A stretch of 64,000 nt of DNA from Lama glama (GCA_028534125.1 CM052818.1:21764001-21828000); one strand, 5' to 3'; shown: positions 1 to 11,245, counted from the stretch's first letter. Made by a program: numbers and translations. Notes: a model not told the origin generated them from the letters alone.

Positions 1-475
1 CTTTCGCTCACTGCCGCATTCCCAGCGCTGAGAATGGGACCCGGCGTGGCGCAGACAGTAAGTTAACACTTACTGAGTGAACACAGAAGTGTTGTGCATG
101 GGTTATCTCACCTCATATTCCCAAAAGTCCTCTGAGACAAAGCCTGCCATCGATTATGTTTCATAGATGAGGGATCCAAGACACAGAAAAGCCCAGTAAC
201 TCACCTAGAAGTCCTCTGCAGCCGATGGTGGGGCTGGGTCCAGTCACGGGAGCTGGATCCGGGAGCCCCGGTCTGGCCCATCTCACTGCACCAGCTCATC
301 ACAGGCAGAGGGGCAACTCAGAGCTAAAGTAACAGGTGTTTTCCTCTCCCTCCCATTTCGATTCTTTGGGGTTAGAGGAAGGAAGGGGCCACCGACACGC
401 CTCAGAGTCTCTATTGGCATCAGACACCCTAATTCCAGAATTTAGTTATACTGCCTGGTTTTGCCCACACAATTA

Positions 476-679
<204 letters not shown>

Positions 680-846
680 CTAGCAAACAGAAAAGAGCAC
701 ACTCGTTACTTAGCATAGTTCCTATGACAGCATCGCCCACAGAGAAATGATCGCTGCCATCCCCAGCCCCATGCAGACTGAGTGACTGCACAAAGTCCCA
801 GAATCTTCCTTCTAACAAAAGCAGTAAGTAAATTAATTCCCTAAAA

Positions 847-861
847 TGCCACCTGCTGGCC
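847..861 (-). promoter_or_regulatory. CTCF-like motif in SLC3A1 intron 3
   Basis: GGCCAGCAGGTGGCA. Confidence 0.55.
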
Positions 862-1570
862 TAATAATGCCCCACAAATGAGGGTGTGATGTGTCTGTAC
901 GCAGGAGCTGTTCATAACAACCACAAAATCAAACCAGTGCTCTCAAACGCAGGGCAAGCTCAACTTAAGGAGTAGACATTTCTAATGCATTTTCTTGAAA
1001 TTTCTGTCCAGGCTCTGGACTCCTGTTTGTGAAGAAAAGCAAACGATGGTCAGTTTTGGAGAAAGACACATTCCATTGTCTTGGAGCTTGAATCCAGGTA
1101 GGGTGAGTAAACTGTATCCTCAGAAAAGTGTTAGGATCATACAATTTAAAACTCTACTAGTCCTCGGAGAAAAAAGAAACCGAACAACTTCGAGTGCTGG
1201 TACCCAGCAGCCTTTGCTAAGCTTTCCTCCTCATAAAGATGCTCACGTCCTTGGCTCCATGATTGGCCCTCACTGCACTTCTCAGTCTCCTCTGAGGGTC
1301 CTTAAATGTGGGAGTTCTCTGTCTTGGGACATTTGTCCATTTCATGCTAAAGAGAACATCTGGACAACTTTCAAACATTGGGGGATTTTGCATAAATATT
1401 TTCTTTTTAATTGGAAGACCTTGCCACACTGGAACAACCGGCCCAAGCTAAGAAGTAGACTCTGTCTTTCAAGGAAACGTGCCCTCGCCACCTCATGGCC
1501 CACCTGGATATACACCAGGGTAAGATTTTTACAGTATATATAGCCAAGAAAAGATCAGTATACAGAATAT

Positions 1571-1648
1571 AAAAAAAAAAAAAAGAAGGAAAGGAAAGAA
1601 GGAAGGAAGGAAGGAAGGAAGGAAGGAAGGAAGGAAGGAAGGAAGGAA

Positions 1649-1706
<58 letters not shown>

Positions 1707-1715
1707 AGAAAGAAA
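1571..1715. repeat. Compound purine microsatellite A14-(GGAA)n-(GAAA)n
   Basis: Directly visible; about 145 nt of uninterrupted purines. Confidence 0.97.
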
Positions 1716-1789
1716 CCTCCTCAAATCTATTTCAAAAGGACAAAAAAATTCAACAAAAAATTGGGGAAAGAAACCATACGCGGGTGTTG

Positions 1790-3375
1790 CACAAAAATGG
1801 AAGCTCAAATGAAGAAATGTATGAAATGATGTTCCACATCATTAGTAATTAAATAAATTCTACATTAATAATTAGTAATTAGATAAATAATCAGTAGCAT
1901 TTGGATATATGTAAAATTAATACCTCAGTGTGATATCAAGTTGTTTCCCTGGTAAAAATCACAAAGTATGGCAGTACCAGCAATTAATGAGATTATTATT
2001 TTTTTGTTTTTAGAGATTGAGGCTGAATTTACTCGCAAATTAATTTGTAATAGAAAGCTAAACTTTAAACTGATTGTTCAATTTTATGGTTAGTAAAATT
2101 TTTTTTTCATCTTTATTTCATTTTTTTATCTTTAAATAATTCTTTTTAAAATGTATTCTTATGGAAGTATAGTTGATTTACAATTTGTATTAGTTTCAGC
2201 AAAGGGATTCAGTTATACATATACATGTACATATTCTTTTTCAGAGTCTTTTCCATTATAAGTTATTACAAGATATTTAAGTTTCCTTTGCTATTATACA
2301 GTAGGTCCTTGTTGTGAGAGTATGTATTTTTTTAATCCTACTGGAGGAGATATAAACAGGTACAACCGCTTTGATCATCAGTTTGGCATTATCTGGTAGC
2401 ACTGAGCATGCAGTATCCTGCAACCAGCAATTTCACTCCTAGCCATTTGCTTTAAAGAAGCTTTTGTACCTGTGCCCCAGGAGAAAGAGATTAATGAGAA
2501 TGTCACAATGTTTACTTACTATTGTTAGTAACAGTAAAAACTGGAAACATTCCAACTGGCCATCAGTGGAAGAGTAGATATTCAAATCATGGAATAGTCA
2601 CACAATGAGTATTAATTATACAACAGTGAAAATGTGTGAACCACAGCTACCAGAAATTATGTGAGTAAACATTAAAACACTAAGGGAAAAAAGCTAGTTA
2701 TAGAAGACTACATGTAGCATGACACTTCTCATAAAGTCAAAACAGGAGAAACTAAATAATAAATTTGTTAAAAAAAAATACATATCGTATATAGTAAGGC
2801 AAAACAAAAAGGACTTGGAAAACCCCAAAATTCAAGATCTTGGTTACCTCTAAGAGGAGGCATGGGGATGGACAGGGAGGAGCCCTCGGGTGCATTCAGC
2901 ACTGTGGGTGACGTTCAAGTTCTTAATTTGGGGATGGGTTCACTAATTTTCACTACATTATTATTTTCCCTAGCTTAGATATATAGCACATATATTTTTA
3001 TACAGTTTTTATTCAGATATAATCAAATACACATATTTAACTGCACATATTTCAAGTGTAAGATTTGATCAGTTTTGGCATATTACTCACATGAACTTCT
3101 CACCATTATCCAGTGAACATATCCATCCTTTGTAATCCATAATCTCACTCTTCTCCCCATCTCCCTCCTATCCCCAGACAACAACTGATTTGCTTCCTGT
3201 CACTAGAGGTGAGTTTGTTGAATTTTCTAGAACTTTACATAAGTAGAATAATATAGTACCGACTTCTTTCACTCTGTAGATATTTTGAGACTCATCCATT
3301 TTGTTACTTGTCATCAATAGTCCAATCCTTTTTATTGCTGAGTAGTATTCCATTGTATGGCTGTTTAGGGGTTTC
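1790..3375. mobile_element. Old L1 (L1M) fragments with nested opposite-strand L1 3' ends (about 2140-2315 and 2995-3375)
   Basis: L1 3' hallmarks such as gaagtatagttgatttacaat and gctgagtagtattccattgtatgg. Confidence 0.7.
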
Positions 3376-3535
3376 TACATCTTTCATATGTTATGTGTAT
3401 TTTTGTAAGTATCAACTATCACTAAAAAAACACACAATCCTGGCTACAGTGGAGAAATGATGGAAGGATGAAAGAACTGAATACCAAAAGATGAAGCTGT
3501 TACAGCCTATGGGCACAAGATGATATAGTCTGAAG

Positions 3536-4336
3536 TACAGAATGGCCATCATCTAAAAGTCCACAAATGATAAATGCTGCAGAGGGTGTGGAGAAAGGGA
3601 ACCCTCCTACACCATTGGTGGGAATGCAGTTTGGTGCAGCTGTTACAGAAAACAGTATGGAGAGTCCTTAAAAAACTTTAAAAAGACTTACCATGTGATC
3701 CAGCAATCCCACTCCTGGGCATATATATGAAGGGAACTCTAATTGGAAAAGATACATGCACCCAATGTTCATAGCAGCTCTACATACAATTCCCAAGACA
3801 TTAGGAAGCAACCTAAACATCCATCAACAGATGACTGGATAAAGAAGTTGTGCTATATTTATACAATGGAATATTACTTAGCCATAAAAAAGAATAAAAT
3901 GCCATTTGCAGCAACATGGATGGACCTAGAGATCGTCATTCTAAGTGAAGTAAGCCAGAAGGAGAAAGAAAAATACCACTTGATATCACTTACATGTGGA
4001 ATCTAAAAAAAAAAAAAAGACACAAATGAACTTATTTACAAAGCAGAAACAGATTCACAGACATAGAAAACAAACTTAGTTACCAGGGGGGGAATAGGGG
4101 TAGAAAGGGATAATTGAGAGTTTGAGATTCACAGATGCTAACTACTATATATAAAATAGATAAACAACAAGGGTCTACTGTATAGCACAGGGAACTGTAT
4201 TCAATATCTTGTAGTTAACTATAATGAAAAAGAAAATGAAAATAAATACATGTATGTATATATACAGCTGAAACATTATGCTGTACACCAGAAACTGACA
4301 CAACACTGTAAACTGGCTATACTTCAATTAAAAAAA
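3536..4336 (+). mobile_element. Younger L1, 5'-truncated (ORF2 C-terminus, 3' UTR, A tail)
   Basis: ORF 3743-4006 contains YIYTMEYYLAIKKNKMPFAATWMDLE (ORF2p end); element ends ctatacttcaattaaaaaaa. Confidence 0.92.
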
Positions 4337-4364
4337 TTCTTTTTAAGGCAGACTGTGCAGCTAG

Positions 4365-4585
4365 ACTAACTAGATCCAGCCCTCAGCCCTTTCATGTATT
4401 AGCTGTGTGAACTAGGGCAAGGCGCTTAACATTTCTCTGCCTCCATCTGCTCATCTGCCAAACAGAAATTAAAGCCTAACTCATAGGATTGTAGGGTGGA
4501 TTAAATGAATTAATGAATACAAAACACTTAGCACAGAGCCTTGCATATAAGCCTTAAGCAAATGTTTGCTAATGTCATTATCATT
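4365..4585. mobile_element. MIR SINE
   Basis: tagctgtgtgaactagggcaag...cttaac...ctctgcctc...catctg...ggattaaatga core. Confidence 0.8.
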
Positions 4586-4882
4586 TTAAAAAGTGGTGGA
4601 CTGAGGAAAAGAAAAATTAGCGAGGTAAAACTGCCAGGACTTGCAGATGACGTGTTCACCAGGCTGAATATTAGTGCTACTCATGGAACCTGGGATCTGG
4701 GAGGTTGAGGGGAGATCACACAATCAGCTTTGATATGTCATCTGAGTGCCCTTGGGTCATCTAAATTTGATGCCTGGGAGTCAGCCTCGTTAAATGTTTA
4801 TGGAGGTCAAAAAGAGAGAAGGCGGCACTGGGGTGGGGAGAGATGACCCAGAATGGGTGTAAGGACTGACCTGGGACAGGTG

Positions 4883-5065
4883 TAGAATTGCCAAATAAAA
4901 TACAAGACATCCAATTAAATCTCAGTTTCAGATAAACAATGAATACTTTTTTAGTATTAGTATGTCCCATGCAATATTTTACACTAAAAAAGTATGCATG
5001 GTTTGTCCAAAATTCAGATTTGGGGGGGGGCTTCCTGGGTTTTTACTTGTGTATCTGGTAACCCC
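4883..5065. mobile_element. MER53-like palindromic hAT MITE
   Basis: ttgccaaataaaatacaagacatccaattaaat...tatgtcccatgcaatatt...atctggtaaccc. Confidence 0.75.
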
Positions 5066-5709
5066 AGACAGGCGAGACACAGTCTTTGCTGCCAAAGAAG
5101 TGAGAAGGAAAAGCAGGGGAAGAGGGGGCAGGCAGGCCTGATGGCTTCTGTTCTCTCTTTGAAGTAGAGTTTGCTGCTGAGAATGATAAGATGGGGAGAA
5201 GGCAGGTAGGATGTTTGAAGAGAAAGGAGGGCATGTAGATTAGTTGGATTTAGTAAAAGTCCCAAAAAGACTGAATGGCTCAGTTCAGGCCGAGGCTCTG
5301 ACACCAAGGTTCAGGCAAAGAGAAAACAGATGGTTGGGCTCATTCACGGCTAGTGTTTTGCTGCAGAGGGGAGTCAAAAAGTCAGAGTGGCAAAGGAGTC
5401 TGGCGGGTAGCTAGACAGTTACTGAACTAATAGGACGTGGAAGCTGGACAGGGTGGGGAGTAACGGAAGGAGAGGCCAGTAGAGAGCATGGGGCTCGTTT
5501 GCTAGAACACAGCAGCTCTACGATGAAATGAAAAATACACACGATTAGGAGACTCGGGACTTCATTTCTATTTCCTTGGGAAACTTGTTCCCCTTCCCAT
5601 AAACGTATACCCATCAATTATTTCCTTTAAAAAGGCTTTATAAATAAGCTGTTTAATCACTGAAGATCTGCCCTTTTTCCCTTTGTAAACCAGGCACGTT
5701 GGTACTTAC

Positions 5710-5864
5710 CCAGTTGTTGGGTGGTGTGGTGGTGCCATTTCCGTGGGTACAGTCATGCCAGATATAATAATCAGTATATTTCCCTGTCCGGGTCCGACTC
5801 CATTGAAACCAAGCATGTTTATCACTGGTGTGGTTTGGTATGAAATCTATTATTAATTTTAAAC
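5710..5864 (-). CDS. SLC3A1: SLC3A1 coding exon 3
   Basis: Acceptor cattag|GTTTA, donor TGG|gtaagt; 155 nt; (G)[51 protein letters not shown], including the GH13 region I motif DFIPNH. Confidence 0.97.
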
Positions 5865-5964
5865 CTAATGAGTGAAAATATTTCAAATGTTAGGAAAAAA
5901 TTATTTTAGACTAATACATGACAGTTAAGGAAAAAATGCTTTAAGGTAAGCATTTGGAGAAATG

Positions 5965-6082
5965 CTTTTTTAGGGGGGTAGGTAATTAGGTTTGCTTATT
6001 AATTTTTTTTTTAATGGAGGCACTGGGGATTGAATCCAGGACTTTGTGCATGCTAAGCATGCACTCTACCACTGAGCTATAC
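5965..6082 (-). mobile_element. tRNA-Ala-derived SINE (camelid vic-1 type) in SLC3A1 intron 2
   Basis: GTATAGCTCAGTGGTAGAGTGCATGCTTAGCATGCACAAAGTCCTGGATTCAATCCCCAGTGCCTCC plus A-rich tail; degenerate TSD agaaatgctttt / agaaatattttt. Confidence 0.85.
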
Positions 6083-6130
6083 AAGAAATATTTTTCTCAA
6101 CCCATCCCACCCACCTTCCATTCAATTTAC

Positions 6131-6310
6131 CTTTATCATGTATGGCTGCAACCAGATTCTCAAAATCTTCCATTGTTCCAAAAATGGGATCGATTTCTCG
6201 GAAGTCTTCAATAGCATGTCGGAAATCTTTAAGGGATGATTTATAAAATGAAGTAATCCAAACAGTTTTTACATTTAAAGTTGCAATGTAGTCTAGTTTA
6301 TCTTGAATAC
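6131..6310 (-). CDS. SLC3A1: SLC3A1 coding exon 2
   Basis: Acceptor ctttaag|GTATTC, donor AAAG|gtaaat; 180 nt; (G)[59 protein letters not shown](G). Confidence 0.97.
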
Positions 6311-6710
6311 CTTAAAGAAATAGTCAAGGCCATGAGAAATTAAAAAATTAAGTTTGGGGTTTTTTAGCTGAAGGATTAAAAGTAAAAGGAATATGCCTAA
6401 GATCAAAGCTTTTATATTGAGACAGAAATATTTGGAATTTTGTTGAATTGGGGTGACATTCAAACAGCAAAGTCTAGTTCTACAAACAACAGGAAGTTAG
6501 TCTTCTAGCAATAGTCTTTGACTTTTAACATAGATGTATAACATTAAAAAAATTTCTCTGTGGCTTGTTCATATTTTATATTTAAAACCAACACTACAGT
6601 ATTGTTAATTTATTCTACACATGGTTTTTGAACATCCAATCCAGGCCAGATGCTGGGCTAAGTGCCAATGTACAAATAATAGTATACGGCCCCTGATGGT
6701 CACATGGTCT

Positions 6711-7116
6711 AAGCTGCAGTGTCCAGTGTGTAGCCAATGCCACATGTGGCTACTGAGCACTTGTAGTGCGACTAGTCTGAAATGAGAAGCACTGTAAATG
6801 TAAAACACACACCGGACTTTGGAGACCCAGTACGAAAAGAAAGACTGTAAAATAGCGCTCATTCATATTTATATAAAAATATAAAATTTAATAATAAATA
6901 ATGATAAAATATAAAATAATAAAATTTTAACACATAAACAGAATAATAAAAAGTTCTATTTATATGCTGAAATGATACAGTGAATATGCTGGATTAAACA
7001 AACTAGATTATTGAAGTGAATTTTACTTGTTTCTCTTTTACTTTTTCTTAATGTGGCTTCAGGAGAACTTACAATTACATATGTGGTTCACATTCTATTT
7101 CCTTTGGACAGTGCTG
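6711..7116. mobile_element. MER33/MER3-like hAT-Charlie element with internal AT-rich expansion
   Basis: gtccag...gccacatgtggctactgagcacttg...attacatatgtgg...ttggacagtgctg. Confidence 0.75.
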
Positions 7117-8548
7117 AAGCCAAGAATTTATACAGAAGAAAATTTTAGATTTGGCTGAGAAGAGATACAGGAATGAACCTCTCTGTACTTGGGACCTTGG
7201 AGGATAATTAGCAGATAGTCTGGGGTTTATGCTTCTAGCTCAAAGTCCTAAACGCAGATTCACAGGTAAATCTAGTACTCAGTCTCCAGTAACTTTCTGT
7301 GGGACCCTCATTGGTTTCCTACAATCAGAGCCTGTCAGAGGTCACTGAGACCAAGGCACAAAGTCCCCTGCCTCCTGGCCTTGGGTCTCTTCCCCTGTAA
7401 CAGGCTGCTTCTTTTTGTCCTCATCATAAACATACCTCAGTTCCCCCACTTAGGGTGTGTGTTAGCAGGCAGCAAAAGAATTGTGATTTAAGTCAGAGCA
7501 ACAATACCTTAAATGAAAACTAGGCACAGAGGAACAGGATGGTAAAAACAAAGAGGCTGAACAGACACGAAATAAGCACGGGATCCCAGCCCACACTCCA
7601 GGGGACAAAAGGCAACTGCCAAAACCAGACTGAACCCTGGAACAGTTTCTTCAAATAGTAACAAAATCCTTTCAACTCTGTATTCTCTGCTCAATTCTGC
7701 TGTAAACCTGAAACTGCTCTAAAAAAATAAAGTCTATTAAAAAAAATAACAAAATTTCTTCATCCTCAAGGAAGAACACCTATGGATTGGAAGCAGCCAG
7801 TCCAGTCCCTCAAGGAAAAATTATTAGAAATGACTAATGTGAGAGGTGATTAGAAGCTGCCCTGTGTGTGAGAATTTGGGGTCTATCTAGAAGATTACAG
7901 TGGGAGGGCAAGCAAGTGAGGAGTGTATCTTTGGGTTTAGGGTTTGGGCTCTATTCCATCAAAATATCACTTTTGCTAAGCGCTTACTCTGTAAGAGGCA
8001 GCAGGTGCTCGGGCCATGCCCGGGATGGGGGAGTTGGAAAGAAGTGACTCAGATATGTTTCAAGGTAGTATCAGAGGTACAACAAACACAGTCCAAAGCA
8101 TCCCTGCACCTCTTTGTGGGGAGCGAATGATTAATGAAGGAAGTGGGTTTGAACTGCACCTTGAAGGAGAGATAATATTTCAATTAGTTAAGATGCAAGA
8201 TGATTTTTAAAAGGGAGAAAAATGATGTGAGTATGACCGAGAAAAGTCTTTAGTTTGTTATGAAGGAAAACTGGAGACTGCTAGAGTGCATCTGTAACAT
8301 TTTCCAGTTCAATTCAGCCCATTCCGACTTCCTACACTCCATTAAAGCATTCTGTTTTGTCTCCTTCAAACCAAATATCATTATCAGAAATTACCTTATT
8401 AGTTTATTTGTTCCTTATTGTTGCCCTTAACTAGGATAACCATATCAACCAATTTGCCTGGGGCAGTTCCAGTGTATGGTTTGTTTCTTGGTTGAGCAAT
8501 AAATTATTAGGACATTCCATACATAACACATTAGGAAATTAGTAGTAT

Positions 8549-9016
8549 TAACTGATTGTGGTCCTTGGACTCCTTAATCAGTAGAAATTAATAAGAGGCC
8601 AGAGGGGGAATTCAGCAAGGGTTTGGGGCTCTTCCTGCTGCATGAGGGAACGAAAACAAGTAACACGTGCCCTTGCTTGCTCCCTGAGTGGGGGCGAGCT
8701 GGTTCTTCAAATGGGGTGAGGGTAGGGGTGGATCAACGGGCTGGGCCAGAGGGGTGGCTGAGGTGGTCTGCCTACCGCCTCGGTGGTGCTGAGAGCAGGG
8801 ATCATGCGCAGTGCCCTTTTTCTCCCAGCACTCAGATGTGACAGTTGGGTTTTGGCCTTTTTGTATCTTACTGTTCATAATTTGCTCAACTGTGCACGCC
8901 TGCAGGTCTGTTTAGTCCCTTATAGTTTCTTTGTATTCTGTTGCTCAAGGAGACGTTTGTCAGGTGTGTAAGTGCAAGCACACTGGTAGAAGGTCCCAGG
9001 TCCCAGCCTGTCTTGT
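8549..9016 (-). mobile_element. Solo ERV LTR in SLC3A1 intron 1
   Basis: LTR-like start (minus strand) agacaggctgggacctgggacc; flanked by direct repeat TAGTAT at 8543-8548 and 9017-9022. Confidence 0.6.
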
Positions 9017-9644
9017 TAGTATAACTTTAAAAAGTCATTTTTCCTTCTTTTTTATATTAATATGGATATTGTTTTAAATAATCCTTAATGCAACTTTTGA
9101 CCAATCCACTGCTTTGCCTGTTTTTTCTTTCCTTCATTTCTCAGGATTTAAGATTTAAAGACTCAGCCGATACCCTTTAAATATATCACTTAATCTTTTC
9201 CTAAAATATTATTAACACTTCGTTCGTTAATAAGAAACCCTCAGCCAAACTAGCCACTGCGCATACTGGGAAAGGAATTCTAAACAGTCACTCTGAGATA
9301 ATCAACTCCAAAGCGCAGAGAAGCTGAACACATTTCAGGAAGGAACCTGCTCATACAAGAAGTTGGAATTGATGACCAAGTAAGCATAGGTTTGCAGTGC
9401 GCAATAAAATGAACAGCTCTTTTGGGGCTCAAAGGGCTCCAGGAAACGACACCATCATACGGGAAGAATTGCTGGATTCTGCTGAGTGGCTTTTTTAAGT
9501 ATCATAAACAAAGAAAACTTAGTGTGACCAGTCATACAGGATGGAATGTCCTTACCGCACAACCTACGTGTAATTAGCTCTCAAGGAAAAGAGCCGTAAA
9601 CCAGCCTCATTCCGACCCCGCCCTAAACCCTCCGGGGCACTCAC

Positions 9645-10074
9645 CTTTTAGATCTCCGTTCCCATCCTTGTCGCTGTCCTTGAAAGACCTTGGGTAGATC
9701 TGGTACATAGGTCCCGCCTGCCACCAGTCGAGACAATTTGGAGAGATGGCAATGATGGCTATGGTGGCCCCGATGAGCACAAGCACAGAGGCCACGGTGA
9801 GCCAAAAGAGGACCTCCCGGGGCACCCGGTAGCGGGCCTGGCCCGAGAACAGGAACAGCACCTCCTTGGGCATCCCGGCGTAGGGCCGGACGTCCTTCAG
9901 GTCGGGCCCCGCGGGGCCGAGGACGTCCACGGTGTCATGCTGCGGGCTGTGCTCCGGGCTGCCTGGATCCGGGTTCCTCTCCAAGGTGTCTTCATTTTGG
10001 ACAAACCCGTTGTTTGTGCGGCCTCCCTTCATACTCATTCCAATGGAGTCACTGGTGCTTTTCTCCTCAGCCAT
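9645..10074 (-). CDS. SLC3A1: SLC3A1 (rBAT) coding exon 1: cytoplasmic N-terminus, TM helix, Cys114, start of GH13-like ectodomain
   Basis: ATG at 10074; MAEEKS...[79 protein letters not shown](G). Donor AAAG|gtgagt at 9645/9644; 430 nt, phase 1. Cys codon TGT at 9735-9733 is codon 114. Confidence 0.98.
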
Positions 10075-10210
10075 GTCTCACAATCTTACCCCTCGGAGTG
10101 CCTTCCTGCAGCAACAAAGGTGAGAAGGTAACTTGCTGAAGTGCTTGGTCCTATTAATGAGCTTTGTGTGGTTTATGAATAAACCTGGGCTGGACAAAGT
10201 CCAGCCAAGG
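10075..10210 (-). promoter_or_regulatory. SLC3A1: SLC3A1 5' UTR and proximal promoter with an HNF4-type DR1 site
   Basis: TGGACAAAGTCCA at 10191-10203 matches the HNF4A CAAAGTCCA motif. Palindrome GTTTATgaATAAAC at 10171-10184; AT-rich TATA-like ATTAATA near 10152-10158. TSS position is inferred only. Confidence 0.6.
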
Positions 10211-10384
10211 AAGGAAGGGTAAAGGTAAAGGGGGTTTAAAAAAATTCTCTTTACACTTGTGAAGCTGATGGCAGCTACAGCCACAACACTGAGGGATTCC
10301 AATCTAGACTGGTACAGGGGCACAGAGGAGAGGAGACAGGAAGGGGAGACAGGGCTCCACTGCAGTTTCAGATGTTACTTGGTT

Positions 10385-10830
10385 GGGTACACCCCAGCGT
10401 TCACAGCAGCATTCTTTGTAACAGTTAAAAGGTGGAAACAAGCCAAGTGTCCATCAATGGATGAATGGACAAACAAAATGTGATTTACACATTTCAAAGG
10501 AAAGAAATTCTGACTGTGCTACACAAGGATGAACCTTGAAAACATTATGTGAAGTGAAAGAAGCCAGATTCAAAAGAGTAGAAATTGATTCCACTTTTAT
10601 GAGGTACCTAGACAAAGTCAGAGAGACAGAGAGTAGAAGGGTGGTCACCAGGGGTTGGAAGGAGGTGGGTAATGGGGAGTTCTCTTTAACAAGTACAAGG
10701 TTTTCATTTGGAATGATGAAAAAGCAGGAGGTGGTTGCACACCAATGGAAATGTACTTAACGCCATTGAATTGTACACTTATAAATGGTTAAATTGGTAA
10801 ATGTTATCTATATTTTACAATAATAAAAAA
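10385..10830 (+). mobile_element. L1MB-type 3' end abutting the SLC3A1 promoter
   Basis: gttcacagcagcattc...gtgtccatcaatggatgaatggac...aatggttaaattggtaaat...acaataataaaaaa. Confidence 0.85.
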
Positions 10831-11232
10831 TAGCTTAAAGTTTTTTCTTTTTAGCTAGGTATGAGAAAAAGAAACAGTGAATTTTGCAAGGGGAAACAGG
10901 CGTTTCTTTATTTTTTGTTTTGATGGTCTCTTCTGTTCCTACGAATCCTAGAGGAAGAGGATCTGGAGACAGGGAACAACAACACCTTTGTTACTGAAGC
11001 TAATTTTATTTTATCTCAGTTCAGGCCAACTCTATAAATATCCATTTGTACACTCAGTTTGACCCCAGGTGCCTTCAGTCGTATTTCCTATTTTCAGAAA
11101 AGAAAATGGCCGTCCATTCTTAGAAGCAGTCTCTGAAGCGGGGATGGCAGAATGGGGAAGGATTCTCTGTTCTAGCAAGTTCAAGTGTTTTATTATAGGT
11201 GATCAATTCTGAACACAAGCACTAAAGAGTTG

Positions 11233-11245
11233 TTTAATCATTGAC
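11233..11245. promoter_or_regulatory. Candidate HNF1 site about 1.15 kb upstream of SLC3A1
   Basis: TTTAATCATTGAC versus consensus GTTAATNATTAAC (2 mismatches), in non-repeat DNA. Confidence 0.4.

Noticed and set aside
995..1543. 182-aa plus-strand ORF antisense to SLC3A1 intron 3
   Set aside because: Starts at TTG, has no recognisable domain, and its composition looks random.
1407..1808. 133-aa ORF with FLSF/FLPS repeats
   Set aside because: Translation of the microsatellite.
6014..6082. Apparent tRNA-Ala(AGC) genes here and at about 11950 and 62700
   Set aside because: A-rich tails, TSDs and stem-breaking mutations show they are SINEs.
9209..9233. Inverted repeat TTATTAAC...GTTAATAA (HNF1 half-sites) in SLC3A1 intron 1
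   Set aside because: Short and AT-rich, and neither half extends to a full HNF1 consensus.
9607..9644. ORF extension [11 protein letters not shown] after SLC3A1 exon 1
   Set aside because: Intronic read-through past a canonical gtgagt donor.
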